A stretch of DNA of 56,804 nt from IMG/VR virus record IMGVR_UViG_3300032318_001198, positions 1 through 56,804 of that record; one strand, given 5' to 3'. The notes beneath the pieces were generated by a model that was given only the letters and a program-made list of their open reading frames with translations, was not told the DNA's origin and made no database searches. Below are positions 17,736-28,264 of the stretch, in pieces (positions within the stretch are counted from its first letter, which is position 1; each line of letters opens with the position of its first letter). The translations under genes were made by a program, and so were the position numbers. Source of the stretch: a virus (taxonomy: Duplodnaviria; Caudoviricetes).

Positions 17736-18220
17736 CTTAACCCCCTTCCGATGACCTTACGTGGCTTTGTACTGGCAGGAGCCTTGAGCGTCACAGAAGG
17801 GGCTTTCCGCTCGATTGTGGGCACTTTAGCTAGGTCTCTCCAGCTAGCCACCGAGCCGTCCTCTAGGTGCGGTGTTTCCCAAGAAATAGCCCTAAGCCCT
17901 AGCTTGGCTCCGATAGCCTGTGCCCGAGCGTAGGTTTTATCATCATCCCAATCCGCCTTGCCGTCCTTAAGCGGGACGTAGTCGATTGCCCTGCCGTAGT
18001 TGTGAAAGCTTTGCCCACCCCTAGCATTTGTAATAATTCGTCCAGCCTCGGTTCTGCCTTGAGCATATAGGTCGTCTTGTTCCTTAAACGTCCGAAGTCC
18101 GCAATAGATTAGTAGCTCGATTCCGTCTGCCTCACACTCCGCCCACCAGTCCTCGACTTTTTTTCTAAAGCTTGGCTCCAACCCCGAGAGGTTCGACAAG
18201 CTTCTTTCCCGAGTTGTCAT
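17732..18220 (-). CDS. Endolysin, M15 L-Ala-D-Glu peptidase
   Basis: GLRT..EQ..LYAQGRT..G.I.TNA.GGQSFHNYG.A.D, WETPHLE. Confidence 0.92.
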   Translation of the reverse strand: MTTRERSLSNLSGLEPSFRKKVEDWWAECEADGIELLIYCGLRTFKEQDDLYAQGRTEAGRIITNARGGQSFHNYGRAIDYVPLKDGKADWDDDKTYARAQAIGAKLGLRAISWETPHLEDGSVASWRDLAKVPTIERKAPSVTLKAPASTKPRKVIGRGLR

Positions 18221-18456
18221 TTATTCTTTTCAACTTCTAGCTGGTATTGTAGCTCGTTTACAACGTCGAGAGTATCTCTAGCCCAACCCTTGACGTTATC
18301 GTTAGATTTCATAACGTCTTCAAACCTATAATCCCTTGTAAGAAAAGTGACCGAATCGGAGGGAGGTGGAAACTGCTGTGGACTAACGCAACCACCAACC
18401 AACACCATCAGTACCAGAACCAAAAGTTTTGTTGATACGTTCCCTAGTCTGCTCAC
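18217..18456 (-). CDS. Lipoprotein, putative o-spanin
   Basis: Signal peptide with LVGGC lipobox; lysis cassette. Confidence 0.6.
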   Translation of the reverse strand: MSRLGNVSTKLLVLVLMVLVGGCVSPQQFPPPSDSVTFLTRDYRFEDVMKSNDNVKGWARDTLDVVNELQYQLEVEKNK

Positions 18457-18547
18457 GTTTCTGCTTTGCCTCCTTTTCCTTCACCTCCTTCGGTGTAGGC
18501 ATAAACCGAAGAACAAGGTCTATCACCGCACCTAAGAGTCGAATCAT
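18383..18547 (-). CDS. Putative i-spanin-like peptide (54 aa, not in ORF track)
   Basis: MIRLLGAVIDLVLRF + charged helix; overlaps lipoprotein gene. Confidence 0.45.
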   Translation of the reverse strand: MIRLLGAVIDLVLRFMPTPKEVKEKEAKQKREQTRERINKTFGSGTDGVGWWLR

Positions 18548-18726
18548 TTCTTTTCGTCGATGTGTAGTCCAACTGCTTTTAGGAACCCCACAACTTTTTC
18601 CAAGATTGAGTCGTCGGCGGGAGTAGGAGTTAGCTTCACAATGATTCTAGCCAGAATCACAACCGCTCCAGCAATCGCCACAATGGTAGTCATATTATCG
18701 GTAATCCAAGGTAGAATGTTATTCAT
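18544..18726 (-). CDS. Putative holin
   Basis: TM helix then LTPTPADD; start revised to MNNILP. Confidence 0.65.
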   Translation of the reverse strand: MNNILPWITDNMTTIVAIAGAVVILARIIVKLTPTPADDSILEKVVGFLKAVGLHIDEKK

Positions 18727-18770
18727 ATACACCTCTAAGAATGTCAATTCAAAACCTACTTATTGTTATC

Positions 18771-19562
18771 CTAGAATGAGTTAGATATGTCATAGCCGAA
18801 GCTATTGGCGTAGTTTATAAGCTCTAGGGATATCTCCAGTCGAACTTGAGAAAGCTTGAAGATTGGTGCACCAACATTGCCCAATATCCTTGAGTTAAAG
18901 GGAACATCCACGCTAACGCTTTGACCGCTTTTCCCTAAGAAGTCCAATAGAGGCTCGATAGGGTCTTCTATTCTGTGAGTGTAGGACACCTTTCCAGAAT
19001 CGATAATCTTTTGGTTCCAGTCTATCCAATGACAACAAGCAACTTCATAGGGGTTTGGGGTGTGTGCAAGGTTGGTATGCCGTGATATAAAATCTAAGAA
19101 TTTGTTTTGCTTTGTGTTTCTTTGGCTCGATCTAAAAAGTCCGCAGAAGTTTACCATAGAGTTTATTACGCTTATCGGATTTCTTATAACGTGAATAATC
19201 TTTGAATCAGAGAGAAGCGGACTAGTTAAGAATGGAGCACTCATAAAAGATGAGTCAGCAACTATTGTAAGGGGGTCAATATATTTATCGATTAGAGTTG
19301 TGTTGGCAAACCTTCTTTCGGTAGAGCATTGACTCAATGTAATGTGTTTACAATAGTGCCTATTTAAGCTGTCTTCCTTAAACTCTTTCGTGGTTGCCTT
19401 GTTTTCCCCTAAAAGCTTTAATCTAATTTCCGCAATTTGTTTTTCGCCAAGTCCAAAGATAGTTTCGTGACCGCACGGTATTCCAACTTGGGAAAGTAGC
19501 CGAGCCATATACGCAGTACCCGATCTTGCCGTTGCGGTAACTACGTAGTCTAACTTCTTCAT
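18771..19562 (-). CDS. Sulfotransferase-fold protein
   Basis: TATARSGT (5'-PSB), GHE, IHVIRNP...INS (3'-PB). Confidence 0.75.
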   Translation of the reverse strand: MKKLDYVVTATARSGTAYMARLLSQVGIPCGHETIFGLGEKQIAEIRLKLLGENKATTKEFKEDSLNRHYCKHITLSQCSTERRFANTTLIDKYIDPLTIVADSSFMSAPFLTSPLLSDSKIIHVIRNPISVINSMVNFCGLFRSSQRNTKQNKFLDFISRHTNLAHTPNPYEVACCHWIDWNQKIIDSGKVSYTHRIEDPIEPLLDFLGKSGQSVSVDVPFNSRILGNVGAPIFKLSQVRLEISLELINYANSFGYDISNSF

Positions 19563-20131
19563 ATGAATCTTGGGCTTACCCTTTTGGCCTTAGCAAACGT
19601 ATCCTCATCTTTCCAATAAAATAAGACTCCCTCGAATGATAGCATCGATATATCAAACCCATTGCAAATCCTAGGGAAGAACTTTTCAAAGTCTCTCCTG
19701 CTCCTTCCGAAGACTTGGAATCCGTATCCAGCCAAAGAATTTAGCGTCTCGTTTACTTTCCGCCCCTTGCCTTGATCTTCCCATATGCAGAATATGTCAT
19801 AGTCCGAAGCTGGATTAAAGTCTCCCCTTGCTCTTGAGCCGAACAACCAAAGCTCCTCGATTGTCGCCTTAGACTTTCTAAGTCTTTCAATTAGTCCGAG
19901 TAGGTTCTTATCCAGAGGGGGGATATACTCTGTATCTAAAAGACGATTCTTGTCTCTAGGGGATTGAATTACCAAAGGTTGTGATACTCCGACTCTCTTT
20001 GTCTTAAGTGACCGATGCATTCTCCCTCTAATTCGTGCCTGCCCATTGATACATAAATTTCTTCTGTTCTCTTTCCATCCTTGCTCACCCTTCTTTTTAC
20101 GTGGTCGCAAGCGATATGAGGAATGACGCAC
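19559..20131 (-). CDS. Minimal nucleotidyltransferase (Pol-beta/MNT)
   Basis: LWLFGSRARGD...SDYDI; true start probably near 19975. Confidence 0.8.
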   Translation of the reverse strand: MRHSSYRLRPRKKKGEQGWKENRRNLCINGQARIRGRMHRSLKTKRVGVSQPLVIQSPRDKNRLLDTEYIPPLDKNLLGLIERLRKSKATIEELWLFGSRARGDFNPASDYDIFCIWEDQGKGRKVNETLNSLAGYGFQVFGRSRRDFEKFFPRICNGFDISMLSFEGVLFYWKDEDTFAKAKRVSPRFI

Positions 20132-21003
20132 ATCTTAATATCGTTAGGATGCCACCTATGCCAGCACAGAAACAAATCTTGAGTTCCCTTAAGCTCGTAT
20201 CCGTCGAACGTGGCGAGCGATAATGCCTTCTTGTTCATAAGAGTACATCCAAGGCCAACCCAATCGGTAGGAACTATTGCACCCCTTCCTATTGCTGGAT
20301 AGGCAGAGTCCATCCATCCCCTTTTTTTCCACTTCTTAGAGTTAAGCTCGAAGACATTTCCAAGAGGCGGGCACTCCTTAATCTCCTTCTCAATTTGCCG
20401 AGCTTCTTCAATCGCCGATTCGGTTGGTTTTTTCCTTGCCTCTTGGAATTTAACAAATTTCTCTTTAATCTTTTTATGTCTTTCCTCGAGTTCTTTTGGA
20501 ATTTTTCTTTCACTTTCTTCTGCGTCTTCACATATGTTTTTACTTGGGGTTCCTCTGCCACCTAGAAATTGTCCATTGCAATATGTAACCATTCCAACCC
20601 CATAATAGCCGTCATCGAACTCAAGAGATTGAATAAGAACTTTAAGAGAGTTTGGCGGAACAAGGACATCACTCTCGATTGACCAGAAGTAATCTGCACC
20701 AATTTCTCTGCCTATAGAAAATGCCTTGTTTTGAATGCGTGCTATGATTCTTTGAGCGGACAAATCGTAGGCTTTTTGATCATCGCTTCCCACGTCTGTT
20801 GCTACGTGTCTGCAAGTCCATCCAAAATGAATAAGTTTTTCCGATATGTTTTTTGCCTTTTCCTTGCACAACTCGGAGGTGTCGGTTGAAATTACAAGAA
20901 CTCCAGAAAATCCGTTTACTGCGGAACAGAAATGCTCAAGCCAAGAATCGATTGAATAACACCATTTTTCTGTAAAGTAAGTTGCACAACATATTTTTTT
21001 CAT
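19969..21003 (-). CDS. GT-A fold glycosyltransferase
   Basis: DYFWSIESDV, DWVGLGCTL, CDH. Confidence 0.65.
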   Translation of the reverse strand: MKKICCATYFTEKWCYSIDSWLEHFCSAVNGFSGVLVISTDTSELCKEKAKNISEKLIHFGWTCRHVATDVGSDDQKAYDLSAQRIIARIQNKAFSIGREIGADYFWSIESDVLVPPNSLKVLIQSLEFDDGYYGVGMVTYCNGQFLGGRGTPSKNICEDAEESERKIPKELEERHKKIKEKFVKFQEARKKPTESAIEEARQIEKEIKECPPLGNVFELNSKKWKKRGWMDSAYPAIGRGAIVPTDWVGLGCTLMNKKALSLATFDGYELKGTQDLFLCWHRWHPNDIKMCVIPHIACDHVKRRVSKDGKRTEEIYVSMGRHELEGECIGHLRQRESEYHNLW

Positions 21004-21037
21004 AAGTCAGTTATATGTCGGCATATAAAAGTATCAA

Positions 21038-23458
21038 CTAGAAACTTGGGTCTGAAAACTGAGCCGTCACGTCTTGCTGTGGATAGCCACCTACGAGTTC
21101 TCCTACACTTCCTCCAGCAAGTCTATTTGTATTTATATGTCCGTAAAAGCCAAGCCAAGAAGTAGGACAAGGTCGAACATATGCTAATGGTGTTATGCTG
21201 AGTCCGTAATAACCAAATTCTCCTCCTACTATCGGTCTAGCATCACCGTTTTGTTTATATCCTAGGTAGCGAGTTACTGAGTAGGGTATAGCTGATTGGG
21301 GGGAAAGATCACCAGCTAAAAACCCTCTTTGTGTTCTAGTCGCAGAATTTCCATTTGAAGAGAAATCACTTACAATATATGCTTCGTTATCTGGAGTGAG
21401 ATAAGTGAGTGCATACGTTGCTAGTTGTGCTGTTTGTTCCCAAATCGGAAAGCCAACAGCTAAGTCCTTATAGCCAGTTTGCAGCGCACCAGCAGTACTC
21501 CATCGCATTGCGGATGTCCCGCTTGTTATAGTTGCCGTTGGATTGCTTCTTTTGTTTGCCGTAGTTATTGAATAAGTAGGACTGGTTCCAAAATTATATG
21601 TGATAAACCGAGTTGTTCCAGTAGCGTTAAATGGATTTGATAGCCAGCTAGCCGTTGTATTTTGAGTGGGAGGACAAGAGGCATTTGTGTTTCCAAACAC
21701 GTCATCTCCATAATTTGCACTTAGATTTAGTCTATGACAAGGCATAATAGGATATAAATTATTTCCGTCTCCGTTTCCTCCGTTGATTACTGCCATATCT
21801 CCAACAAGATTGTCCGTATAATTAAAGAAGTTTGCTGGATTTGGGTATCCTGCTGTAATTAATCCCATAGTATTGAATCCTCCTAGAAGTTCTTTAGCTA
21901 TAGGATATGCGGTTCCTTTGCTATATGGGTCTTGCAAAAGAAAATCAATTAAGTTGTGCTCGTTAAAGGTAATTTTCAATCCGTCTCCCCTCCCGCTTAC
22001 TCTTGATGCTCCCATCGGATACCCAAAAACAAAAGCAGAGGAGTAATTAGTGTAGTAGCCCTTGCTATGGCTATAAGCAGTAGAGCCAGAGTTAGTAAGA
22101 CCAAAACCACCTCCACTTCCAGTTCCAGAGGTGCTACGGTTACCGAGGAGCCCACTCTGTCGTGTTGTTTTTACTGTGAATAGATAAGGGTAAGACTCAG
22201 TCGAGCTACCATAAAAACCGCTTCCTCCGATTCTAGTTTTGTATGTGTAGATTCCAATAAAGGTTTCTATTGTTATGTTCCCATAGCCTGCGTTGTCTCC
22301 ATAATAACCAACAGAGGTATCGGGAGCACCATACAATGCCTCGTTTATCTGTTTGTCAGTATTTCTGAATGCGGCGGTTCCAAGAGCACCTGTATAGTTG
22401 GCACTAGCAATCTGAGCAGTATTACTACTTGTTGTGCTTAAGTAATTAATACCACCCAAACCCTGAGAAAACGCTGGAGAAGAGTGGAAGGATATAGCAA
22501 CGTTGGATGTGTCGTACTCGGCAACATACTTATACGTATTGTTGGGATCTGTACTCAAATCCTCTCCAGCAATATAGGTTACCGCTGATGGGGGTATAAT
22601 GTCTTTATGTTCAGTTGCAAAGGTGTAGTCGTTTGATGTTGTAAAACCAGCATCAATCGGTGCTATGTCAGAAAAAAGATATAATCCGTTACTATTAAAA
22701 GATGGTTGACTAGTGTTTTTAAATAGAAATGTTTGATTTTGGGAGAGTGCAAAGAAATCTCCTCCTTCGTAGAGTGGAGTATATGCCTTAAATACTTTTT
22801 TGTGTGATCTTTGGCAAGTTTCTGTTGTAGTAGACACGGCAGATATACTGGTAATTTCGGCATAACTTGAAACTGGTCTTTTAGCAGTACTTGTATAAAC
22901 CAACTCAGTTCCGAGAGTATTGCTTGGTTCGGTTGTTAAAAACCAAAGTCCATAATAATCATTAGGATCGGTACTCGTTGCTGTTGTATATGCAAGGAAA
23001 GGCGACGAAACTAATGTAGTTTTTTCGAATGTTGCTGGGTCAAGAGTGTACGTACCACTACCAGAATAACTAGTTCCATAAGTTGCAAGCCCGCCAGCCC
23101 CTCCATTTTGATTGTACGTGCTTGTAAAAGTTTGTCCGCTGATTGTTTCGCTAGATGAAGTTCTTCCACTTATTTCTGCATCTAATCTTTCATTTATGGC
23201 ACTACTGGAGCGTGAGTATGAAGTTACGCCTCCATTAAAATTTCCGCCTGTACCGACGTTTAGGAATGAACGACTTCCAGAAGTGCTTGCAGTTGTTGAC
23301 GCAGTTGCTTGATTTATGTTTGAAGAGTAATAAATTGTACCTCCAGCTTGGTCATTTCCTAGGGAATCAGTTGTTGTCCCGCCACCAGTTGCTCCAGACT
23401 TATAACTGTCGTATTCAAAGGGTATCCCTGCGGCAGTTGAGGCAATTACAAAGCCCAT
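21038..23458 (-). CDS. Ser/Thr/Gly-rich tail or receptor-binding protein
   Basis: 806 aa, last gene of tail module. Confidence 0.55.
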   Translation of the reverse strand: MGFVIASTAAGIPFEYDSYKSGATGGGTTTDSLGNDQAGGTIYYSSNINQATASTTASTSGSRSFLNVGTGGNFNGGVTSYSRSSSAINERLDAEISGRTSSSETISGQTFTSTYNQNGGAGGLATYGTSYSGSGTYTLDPATFEKTTLVSSPFLAYTTATSTDPNDYYGLWFLTTEPSNTLGTELVYTSTAKRPVSSYAEITSISAVSTTTETCQRSHKKVFKAYTPLYEGGDFFALSQNQTFLFKNTSQPSFNSNGLYLFSDIAPIDAGFTTSNDYTFATEHKDIIPPSAVTYIAGEDLSTDPNNTYKYVAEYDTSNVAISFHSSPAFSQGLGGINYLSTTSSNTAQIASANYTGALGTAAFRNTDKQINEALYGAPDTSVGYYGDNAGYGNITIETFIGIYTYKTRIGGSGFYGSSTESYPYLFTVKTTRQSGLLGNRSTSGTGSGGGFGLTNSGSTAYSHSKGYYTNYSSAFVFGYPMGASRVSGRGDGLKITFNEHNLIDFLLQDPYSKGTAYPIAKELLGGFNTMGLITAGYPNPANFFNYTDNLVGDMAVINGGNGDGNNLYPIMPCHRLNLSANYGDDVFGNTNASCPPTQNTTASWLSNPFNATGTTRFITYNFGTSPTYSITTANKRSNPTATITSGTSAMRWSTAGALQTGYKDLAVGFPIWEQTAQLATYALTYLTPDNEAYIVSDFSSNGNSATRTQRGFLAGDLSPQSAIPYSVTRYLGYKQNGDARPIVGGEFGYYGLSITPLAYVRPCPTSWLGFYGHINTNRLAGGSVGELVGGYPQQDVTAQFSDPSF

Positions 23459-23467
23459 ATTTTTGCT

Positions 23468-24061
23468 CTAAGATGCAAAAAGCCATTGATACGTCGAGTC
23501 ATAAGGTAATTCCACAGCCGTACTTGGAACTTTAGGTGTTCTCATAAGCTCTTGAGGCATTGCAAGAATACTGCTCTTTCCTATCGTTCGGTATGCAACT
23601 CCAGTAGCAATAACATATATAAGACAAGAGTAAGTTGTTGGTGCAGAGTTTAGAGCAGTACCTATAGATGGAGAGGCTGATTCGACTGCGATCTCTGCCG
23701 TTGTTATATTTTTTCCCGAAGTAGTTCCCTTAACTACAATATATTTGACGTATGTGGGGGTAACGGCTGGAAGTGTTAGCACATCACTATAATTTGAAGG
23801 AAGCAGTCCATTGATTGTTCCAGCTTGAAACTTACATCCAGTAGCGGTAGGAAAGCTTATCTTAAAAGGGAAGTCGTCCTCGGCTATTTGGGTTCCTCCT
23901 CCTCGAGACTTAGGAACCGTGATGGTTGTCCCTCCTAATCCCCTAGAGAATTGACCTCCAACTACGGAAGTAACTCTAAGCTCGTTAAGGGCATCGATAA
24001 TCGTATTCATTTTCTCCGCAGTTATGACTTGGCCTTTGGCTACTTTAGATATGAGGGGCAT
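23468..24061 (-). CDS. Tail tip structural protein
   Basis: KGQVITAEKMN.IID N-terminus; position. Confidence 0.55.
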   Translation of the reverse strand: MPLISKVAKGQVITAEKMNTIIDALNELRVTSVVGGQFSRGLGGTTITVPKSRGGGTQIAEDDFPFKISFPTATGCKFQAGTINGLLPSNYSDVLTLPAVTPTYVKYIVVKGTTSGKNITTAEIAVESASPSIGTALNSAPTTYSCLIYVIATGVAYRTIGKSSILAMPQELMRTPKVPSTAVELPYDSTYQWLFAS

Positions 24062-24075
24062 AAGATTATTCTTTC

Positions 24076-24807
24076 TTAAGGGCTAGGAGCAGAGGTTGCC
24101 GCTCCGTAGATGTACGTATTCCAGCCTTTTGTGTCTGAGGCTCGATAGTCTTGGGTAACATCATAAGTATTGCCCTTTTTTTGATATGCAATAGCCGTTA
24201 GTAACCAAGTTCTAGGAGATTGGATAGAAGGGAAACCCGCTTCTGAATTAATAATCTTTCCAACTTTTGAGAGGTCTGGTTTCGTATTTGTGGTAAAACT
24301 TCTTCGAAAAGTTACTGCTGGGTTAAGATATGAAGTCACTCCGAAAAGATTGCGTTTTGCTCCTTTGTTGAAATGACTAAAGGCTCCGTCTGCATCGAAT
24401 ACTGCGGCTCCACCATTGCACGTAGTTCCAGCAGTAATCGACCCTCCAGCAAAATCAACAATACTAGCTGAGGCATCGTTAGAGACTAGGAAGTTAAGGT
24501 TTGTTGCAATAGGCTCCTCTCCAGTTGCGTTAGTAACATCATACTGAATACTTGTTGTAGAGCTTTTCCCAAGATACGTAGTTACAACCTCCTTAAAGTC
24601 TGGATTAGCTATTTCAACACTAACGTCAGTTATTTTTAGAGTTTGACCATCGATGGTTATACTCGCTCCTATTACTGGAGTTGTTACATTTTGATCGGCT
24701 CGAATTAAATTCCTCACGGTATATTCAACAAGTCCGTCCTTGTTTTCCTTGTAGGAAATTTCTCCATTAAGACTTGACCCGCTATATCCTATGTATGTGG
24801 CTGACAT
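24076..24807 (-). CDS. Tail tip/hub protein, paralog B
   Basis: EEPIAT, AVFDADGAF, N.FGV.S.L.P shared with 24811..25539. Confidence 0.6.
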   Translation of the reverse strand: MSATYIGYSGSSLNGEISYKENKDGLVEYTVRNLIRADQNVTTPVIGASITIDGQTLKITDVSVEIANPDFKEVVTTYLGKSSTTSIQYDVTNATGEEPIATNLNFLVSNDASASIVDFAGGSITAGTTCNGGAAVFDADGAFSHFNKGAKRNLFGVTSYLNPAVTFRRSFTTNTKPDLSKVGKIINSEAGFPSIQSPRTWLLTAIAYQKKGNTYDVTQDYRASDTKGWNTYIYGAATSAPSP

Positions 24808-24810
24808 AAA

Positions 24811-25539
24811 TTAGTCCGTGTAATAAATTACGTTATTCCATCCCGAGTTTCCACTTCCTCTGTATTCCTCGGTAATTTCATATTGACCGACACTTCCGTT
24901 GCCATTGTTTTTCCAGTTCAATGACGTAAACATCCAGTTTCTTCCAGTAGGTAATGTAGGAGGGTCTCCAGCAACAGCAGTAATAATATGAGATACTAAG
25001 TTAGAATTGCTTGCCGATGGAGCAGTTCCAGCGGAATAGACCCTTTTATAAGATACTTGCGGAGTAAGAAAACTAACTACTCCAAAGAAATTGTTTGTTG
25101 CCTTTTTGCTAAAATATAAAAATGCTCCGTCTGCATCGAATACCGCACCAGCAGAAGCAGGGGTTCCTTCCGTAGTTGAGCCACCGCAAGCATCAATGAT
25201 AGAGGTTCCGAAGCCTGCCGTTGCAATCGTAAATGCAACGTGAGTAGCGATGGGTTCCTCCGCAACTTGAGCAACTGCTTCATAGTATTCTGGAATGGTG
25301 TTATCCCCTCCTACGAAAACACTTGTAACCTCGCTGAGTCCGTTCTTTGTGTTTATATTAATGTCTACTAAAGTTAGGGTTTTGCCCTCCTTCGAAGTAG
25401 TTGTCCCTATGCTTGGAGTAACTTGAGTCCCTTGAAGATAGACTTGCGTTCTGGAGTACTGAACAAGACCACGATCATTCTTTGTTGTGCGTTCAGAGAT
25501 AGTCGCTGGGAAAGACCCTCTTATTCTTGGGACTGCCAT
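24811..25539 (-). CDS. Tail tip/hub protein, paralog A
   Basis: Directly after tape measure. Confidence 0.6.
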   Translation of the reverse strand: MAVPRIRGSFPATISERTTKNDRGLVQYSRTQVYLQGTQVTPSIGTTTSKEGKTLTLVDININTKNGLSEVTSVFVGGDNTIPEYYEAVAQVAEEPIATHVAFTIATAGFGTSIIDACGGSTTEGTPASAGAVFDADGAFLYFSKKATNNFFGVVSFLTPQVSYKRVYSAGTAPSASNSNLVSHIITAVAGDPPTLPTGRNWMFTSLNWKNNGNGSVGQYEITEEYRGSGNSGWNNVIYYTD

Positions 25540-25543
25540 AAAA

Positions 25544-27688
25544 TTATTCGAACTTTGTTGTTCCAGCCATTAAGAAATTACTAGTCATATTAGAGGGTTG
25601 TGGTTGAAACATAGTTTGTCTATCTTTGATTGCTTTAGTGTTTTCCTCTGTAGCTTTGGTCTGCTTTGTCATAGCGTTTGCCAAGGGGTCGCCCGCAAAC
25701 GCTCCGCCACCTCCTCCGATGCGTTGTAGAGAGGATACCGCCGCTCCCGACATAGCACTTTTTGCAGAACCCTCTTTGGCTCCTAATTGTGCCGTCCCGC
25801 TTGCCTCAGCTATTGCCTTGCCAGATGTTTCCGCCATCTCTGCTTGAAATTTTAAGTGATTTGTTAGTTCTTGTATCTTCTTTGAATCCTCCTCAGACAT
25901 ATCTCCAAACGAACCTAAGCTTTTTGTAATAATATCGATTGTTTGCGTGATTGCTGGAGCTAATGCTTTGAACGCATTACCAGCTTGATCTAGTCCCTCC
26001 ATTGCCAGAGGAGCACCCATCTTTGATATATTTTGTGTATTCTTTTCGTGGATATTTTCTGGTGACAAAAGTAAACCAGTTTTTTCTAGTCCTCCACGCA
26101 CGTCCATCATTTTCGCAAAATCTACTCCAAGTGCTGAGAGAATACCCCCAAATGGAATTATCGCATTTACCAGTCCCTCGCTTAATGCGACAACAATCTC
26201 CTGAACTATATTATCGAATACATCTTTGAAATATATAAGCGGTTCTTCAAAACCTTTAATTAAAAGACCAGTCAATGCTTTTGCCGTGCCTATCAATCCG
26301 TCTAGCAAGCTACTCATTATAGTCGGAATAATGTTAGAGTTCATTATTGCACCAAATACGTTTGACCCATATTGGAATGCCCTGCTCAGAAGAGACTTAA
26401 AAGTAATAGTGGCAATCTCAAAGACTGAGTTCATTGTGCTTAGGATTGACCCGCTTTTGAATGCACCGATAAATACATCTATTGCAAACTTAAGCTGTGC
26501 CCCGACTTTTGTACCAAAATCTGATAGGAAGTCTCCGCCCTTTGAAAACATAGCAAATAGTTCAAGTATTGAAGGAGCTACAGAACCAGCTAGCGTTACA
26601 AAGAAGTCCCTAAAGAATGCACCAGAATCTCTTAATTGAGCCGATATTTTGGCAAAGTTTTCTGCATTTTTGGCTAGATTTTCTCCAGTTTTGCTAAAAT
26701 TTACTCCTAACTTTGAGAAGGCTTCATCCTTCATAACTGCCTTAAGGTTCATTCCAGCCCGCCCAAACATTTCGAATAGTGCCCTAGTCTGCTCGGTTTC
26801 AGAACCTAGCTTTTTGATTGCTCCAACAACCATAATAAGTTGTTGCTCTGGAGTAAGTTTTTGTAAATCGGCGAAGTTGAGTCCTAGCCGTTTAATCATT
26901 TCGTTAGTCGGTTGCCCAAGCTCGTTCACTCCGCCCAAAGACCGCTGTAGACTTAGTATTGCTGTGCCTGCGGTGCTCGCATCCATCCCATTATTTTTAA
27001 GGATTTTCCCAAAGTCGTATAAGAAAGGAATAGATGCTCCAGTCCTTTTTGATAGCACATCATATTGATCACCAAGCTCAATCGCACTCATAATCCCAAT
27101 CTTAAAGAAGTGATCTAAAGCTCCCAACGCCACGCCCAAGCCTCCGATTGCTTTCGCACCAAGCCCAACAATTCCGCCTAACGCTCCAACCGCACCTCCG
27201 AATACATTTTTGATAGACCCCGCAACTCCTCCCGCAACAGAACCAACGTTCTTTATTGCACTAGAAATAGAGCTAAAAACCCCTCCGCCAACGCCCTTTA
27301 ATGCACCTACTGCCTTCACGACTCCGAAGATTGCTACTCCAGCAACGCCAGCCACCACTCCAATTTTAGCTAGTGCTGGAGATATTGATTTAATCTTATC
27401 GTACGCCCCTTGAGCCGTTACTTTTACTTTTTCGAATAATGACGGCATATTTTGGATTATAGATTGTACTGACTTAACTCCATCGGCTACGTTTCTAAAA
27501 GCACCAGCAATAGTATTTATCTTTTCGGAGAACCCAACCATTTTGTTAAACACTCCACTAGCTACTTGAGCATAGGAGCTTACTTGTTTTATCGTCGCAC
27601 CGAATGAAACTAGCTTAGTCTTTGCACGCTCGATTGGCGTTTCGAACTTAGACGTATCGGCAATTAGGGCACAATTAGCGGTTTTCAT
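25544..27688 (-). CDS. Tape measure protein
   Basis: 714 aa Ala/Gly-rich helical, after chaperones; SSLQRIGGGG C-terminus. Confidence 0.85.
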   Translation of the reverse strand: MKTANCALIADTSKFETPIERAKTKLVSFGATIKQVSSYAQVASGVFNKMVGFSEKINTIAGAFRNVADGVKSVQSIIQNMPSLFEKVKVTAQGAYDKIKSISPALAKIGVVAGVAGVAIFGVVKAVGALKGVGGGVFSSISSAIKNVGSVAGGVAGSIKNVFGGAVGALGGIVGLGAKAIGGLGVALGALDHFFKIGIMSAIELGDQYDVLSKRTGASIPFLYDFGKILKNNGMDASTAGTAILSLQRSLGGVNELGQPTNEMIKRLGLNFADLQKLTPEQQLIMVVGAIKKLGSETEQTRALFEMFGRAGMNLKAVMKDEAFSKLGVNFSKTGENLAKNAENFAKISAQLRDSGAFFRDFFVTLAGSVAPSILELFAMFSKGGDFLSDFGTKVGAQLKFAIDVFIGAFKSGSILSTMNSVFEIATITFKSLLSRAFQYGSNVFGAIMNSNIIPTIMSSLLDGLIGTAKALTGLLIKGFEEPLIYFKDVFDNIVQEIVVALSEGLVNAIIPFGGILSALGVDFAKMMDVRGGLEKTGLLLSPENIHEKNTQNISKMGAPLAMEGLDQAGNAFKALAPAITQTIDIITKSLGSFGDMSEEDSKKIQELTNHLKFQAEMAETSGKAIAEASGTAQLGAKEGSAKSAMSGAAVSSLQRIGGGGGAFAGDPLANAMTKQTKATEENTKAIKDRQTMFQPQPSNMTSNFLMAGTTKFE

Positions 27689-28065
27689 TTTGTTTCAAAA
27701 GTAGCAATAGCTTTCTCTAGGGCATTATCAAGTTCTTCTTGTTTTCTCTTAGACATAAGCCTACCAATTAAGCCGTCTGCTTGCTTCCTCTTGTCTAGTA
27801 TATAATTTCTTCCAGCCCATACAACGTCTGGAACACGCCACCGATTAGTTATATACCACTTCTTGCTATCGAAAGAGAACCACTCCCTGCCCTTTCGCTT
27901 CCCATTAGATAGCTTGGCTTTTGTTCCCATCGTATTCCTCCAAGCCTTTTTAGCGTCCTCGTCGAGACGACAAGCTGACTTATCAAGTTGTTTATTAACG
28001 TCTCCTGTAAGAGAGCTAAGGCCGAACAATAAACGCTTATCATCCCATTGAATTTCCATATTCAT
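27685..28065 (-). CDS. Hypothetical morphogenesis protein
   Basis: Basic ORF between chaperones and TMP. Confidence 0.5.
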   Translation of the reverse strand: MNMEIQWDDKRLLFGLSSLTGDVNKQLDKSACRLDEDAKKAWRNTMGTKAKLSNGKRKGREWFSFDSKKWYITNRWRVPDVVWAGRNYILDKRKQADGLIGRLMSKRKQEELDNALEKAIATFETK

Positions 28066-28244
28066 ATACCTATCAACCTCATAATGTCATCTTTTCTTTT
28101 GCTCACTCGATTACCCCATTCTGTGTTAATTCCGTGCATCCTCCAAACGGAATGTTGATACTGAAATCCCCTAGATAGAGGTAGTTCAAAAAGTATGAAC
28201 TCTTCGCTCCATCCAGTTTGACTTGCCAGAGTGATGACGTACAC
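28062..28244 (-). CDS. Tail assembly chaperone, frameshift extension (gpT-like)
   Basis: In -1 frame relative to 28265..28681. Confidence 0.7.
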   Translation of the reverse strand: MYVITLASQTGWSEEFILFELPLSRGFQYQHSVWRMHGINTEWGNRVSKRKDDIMRLIGI

Positions 28245-28264
28245 CGATATCCACTCTGGCTCGG

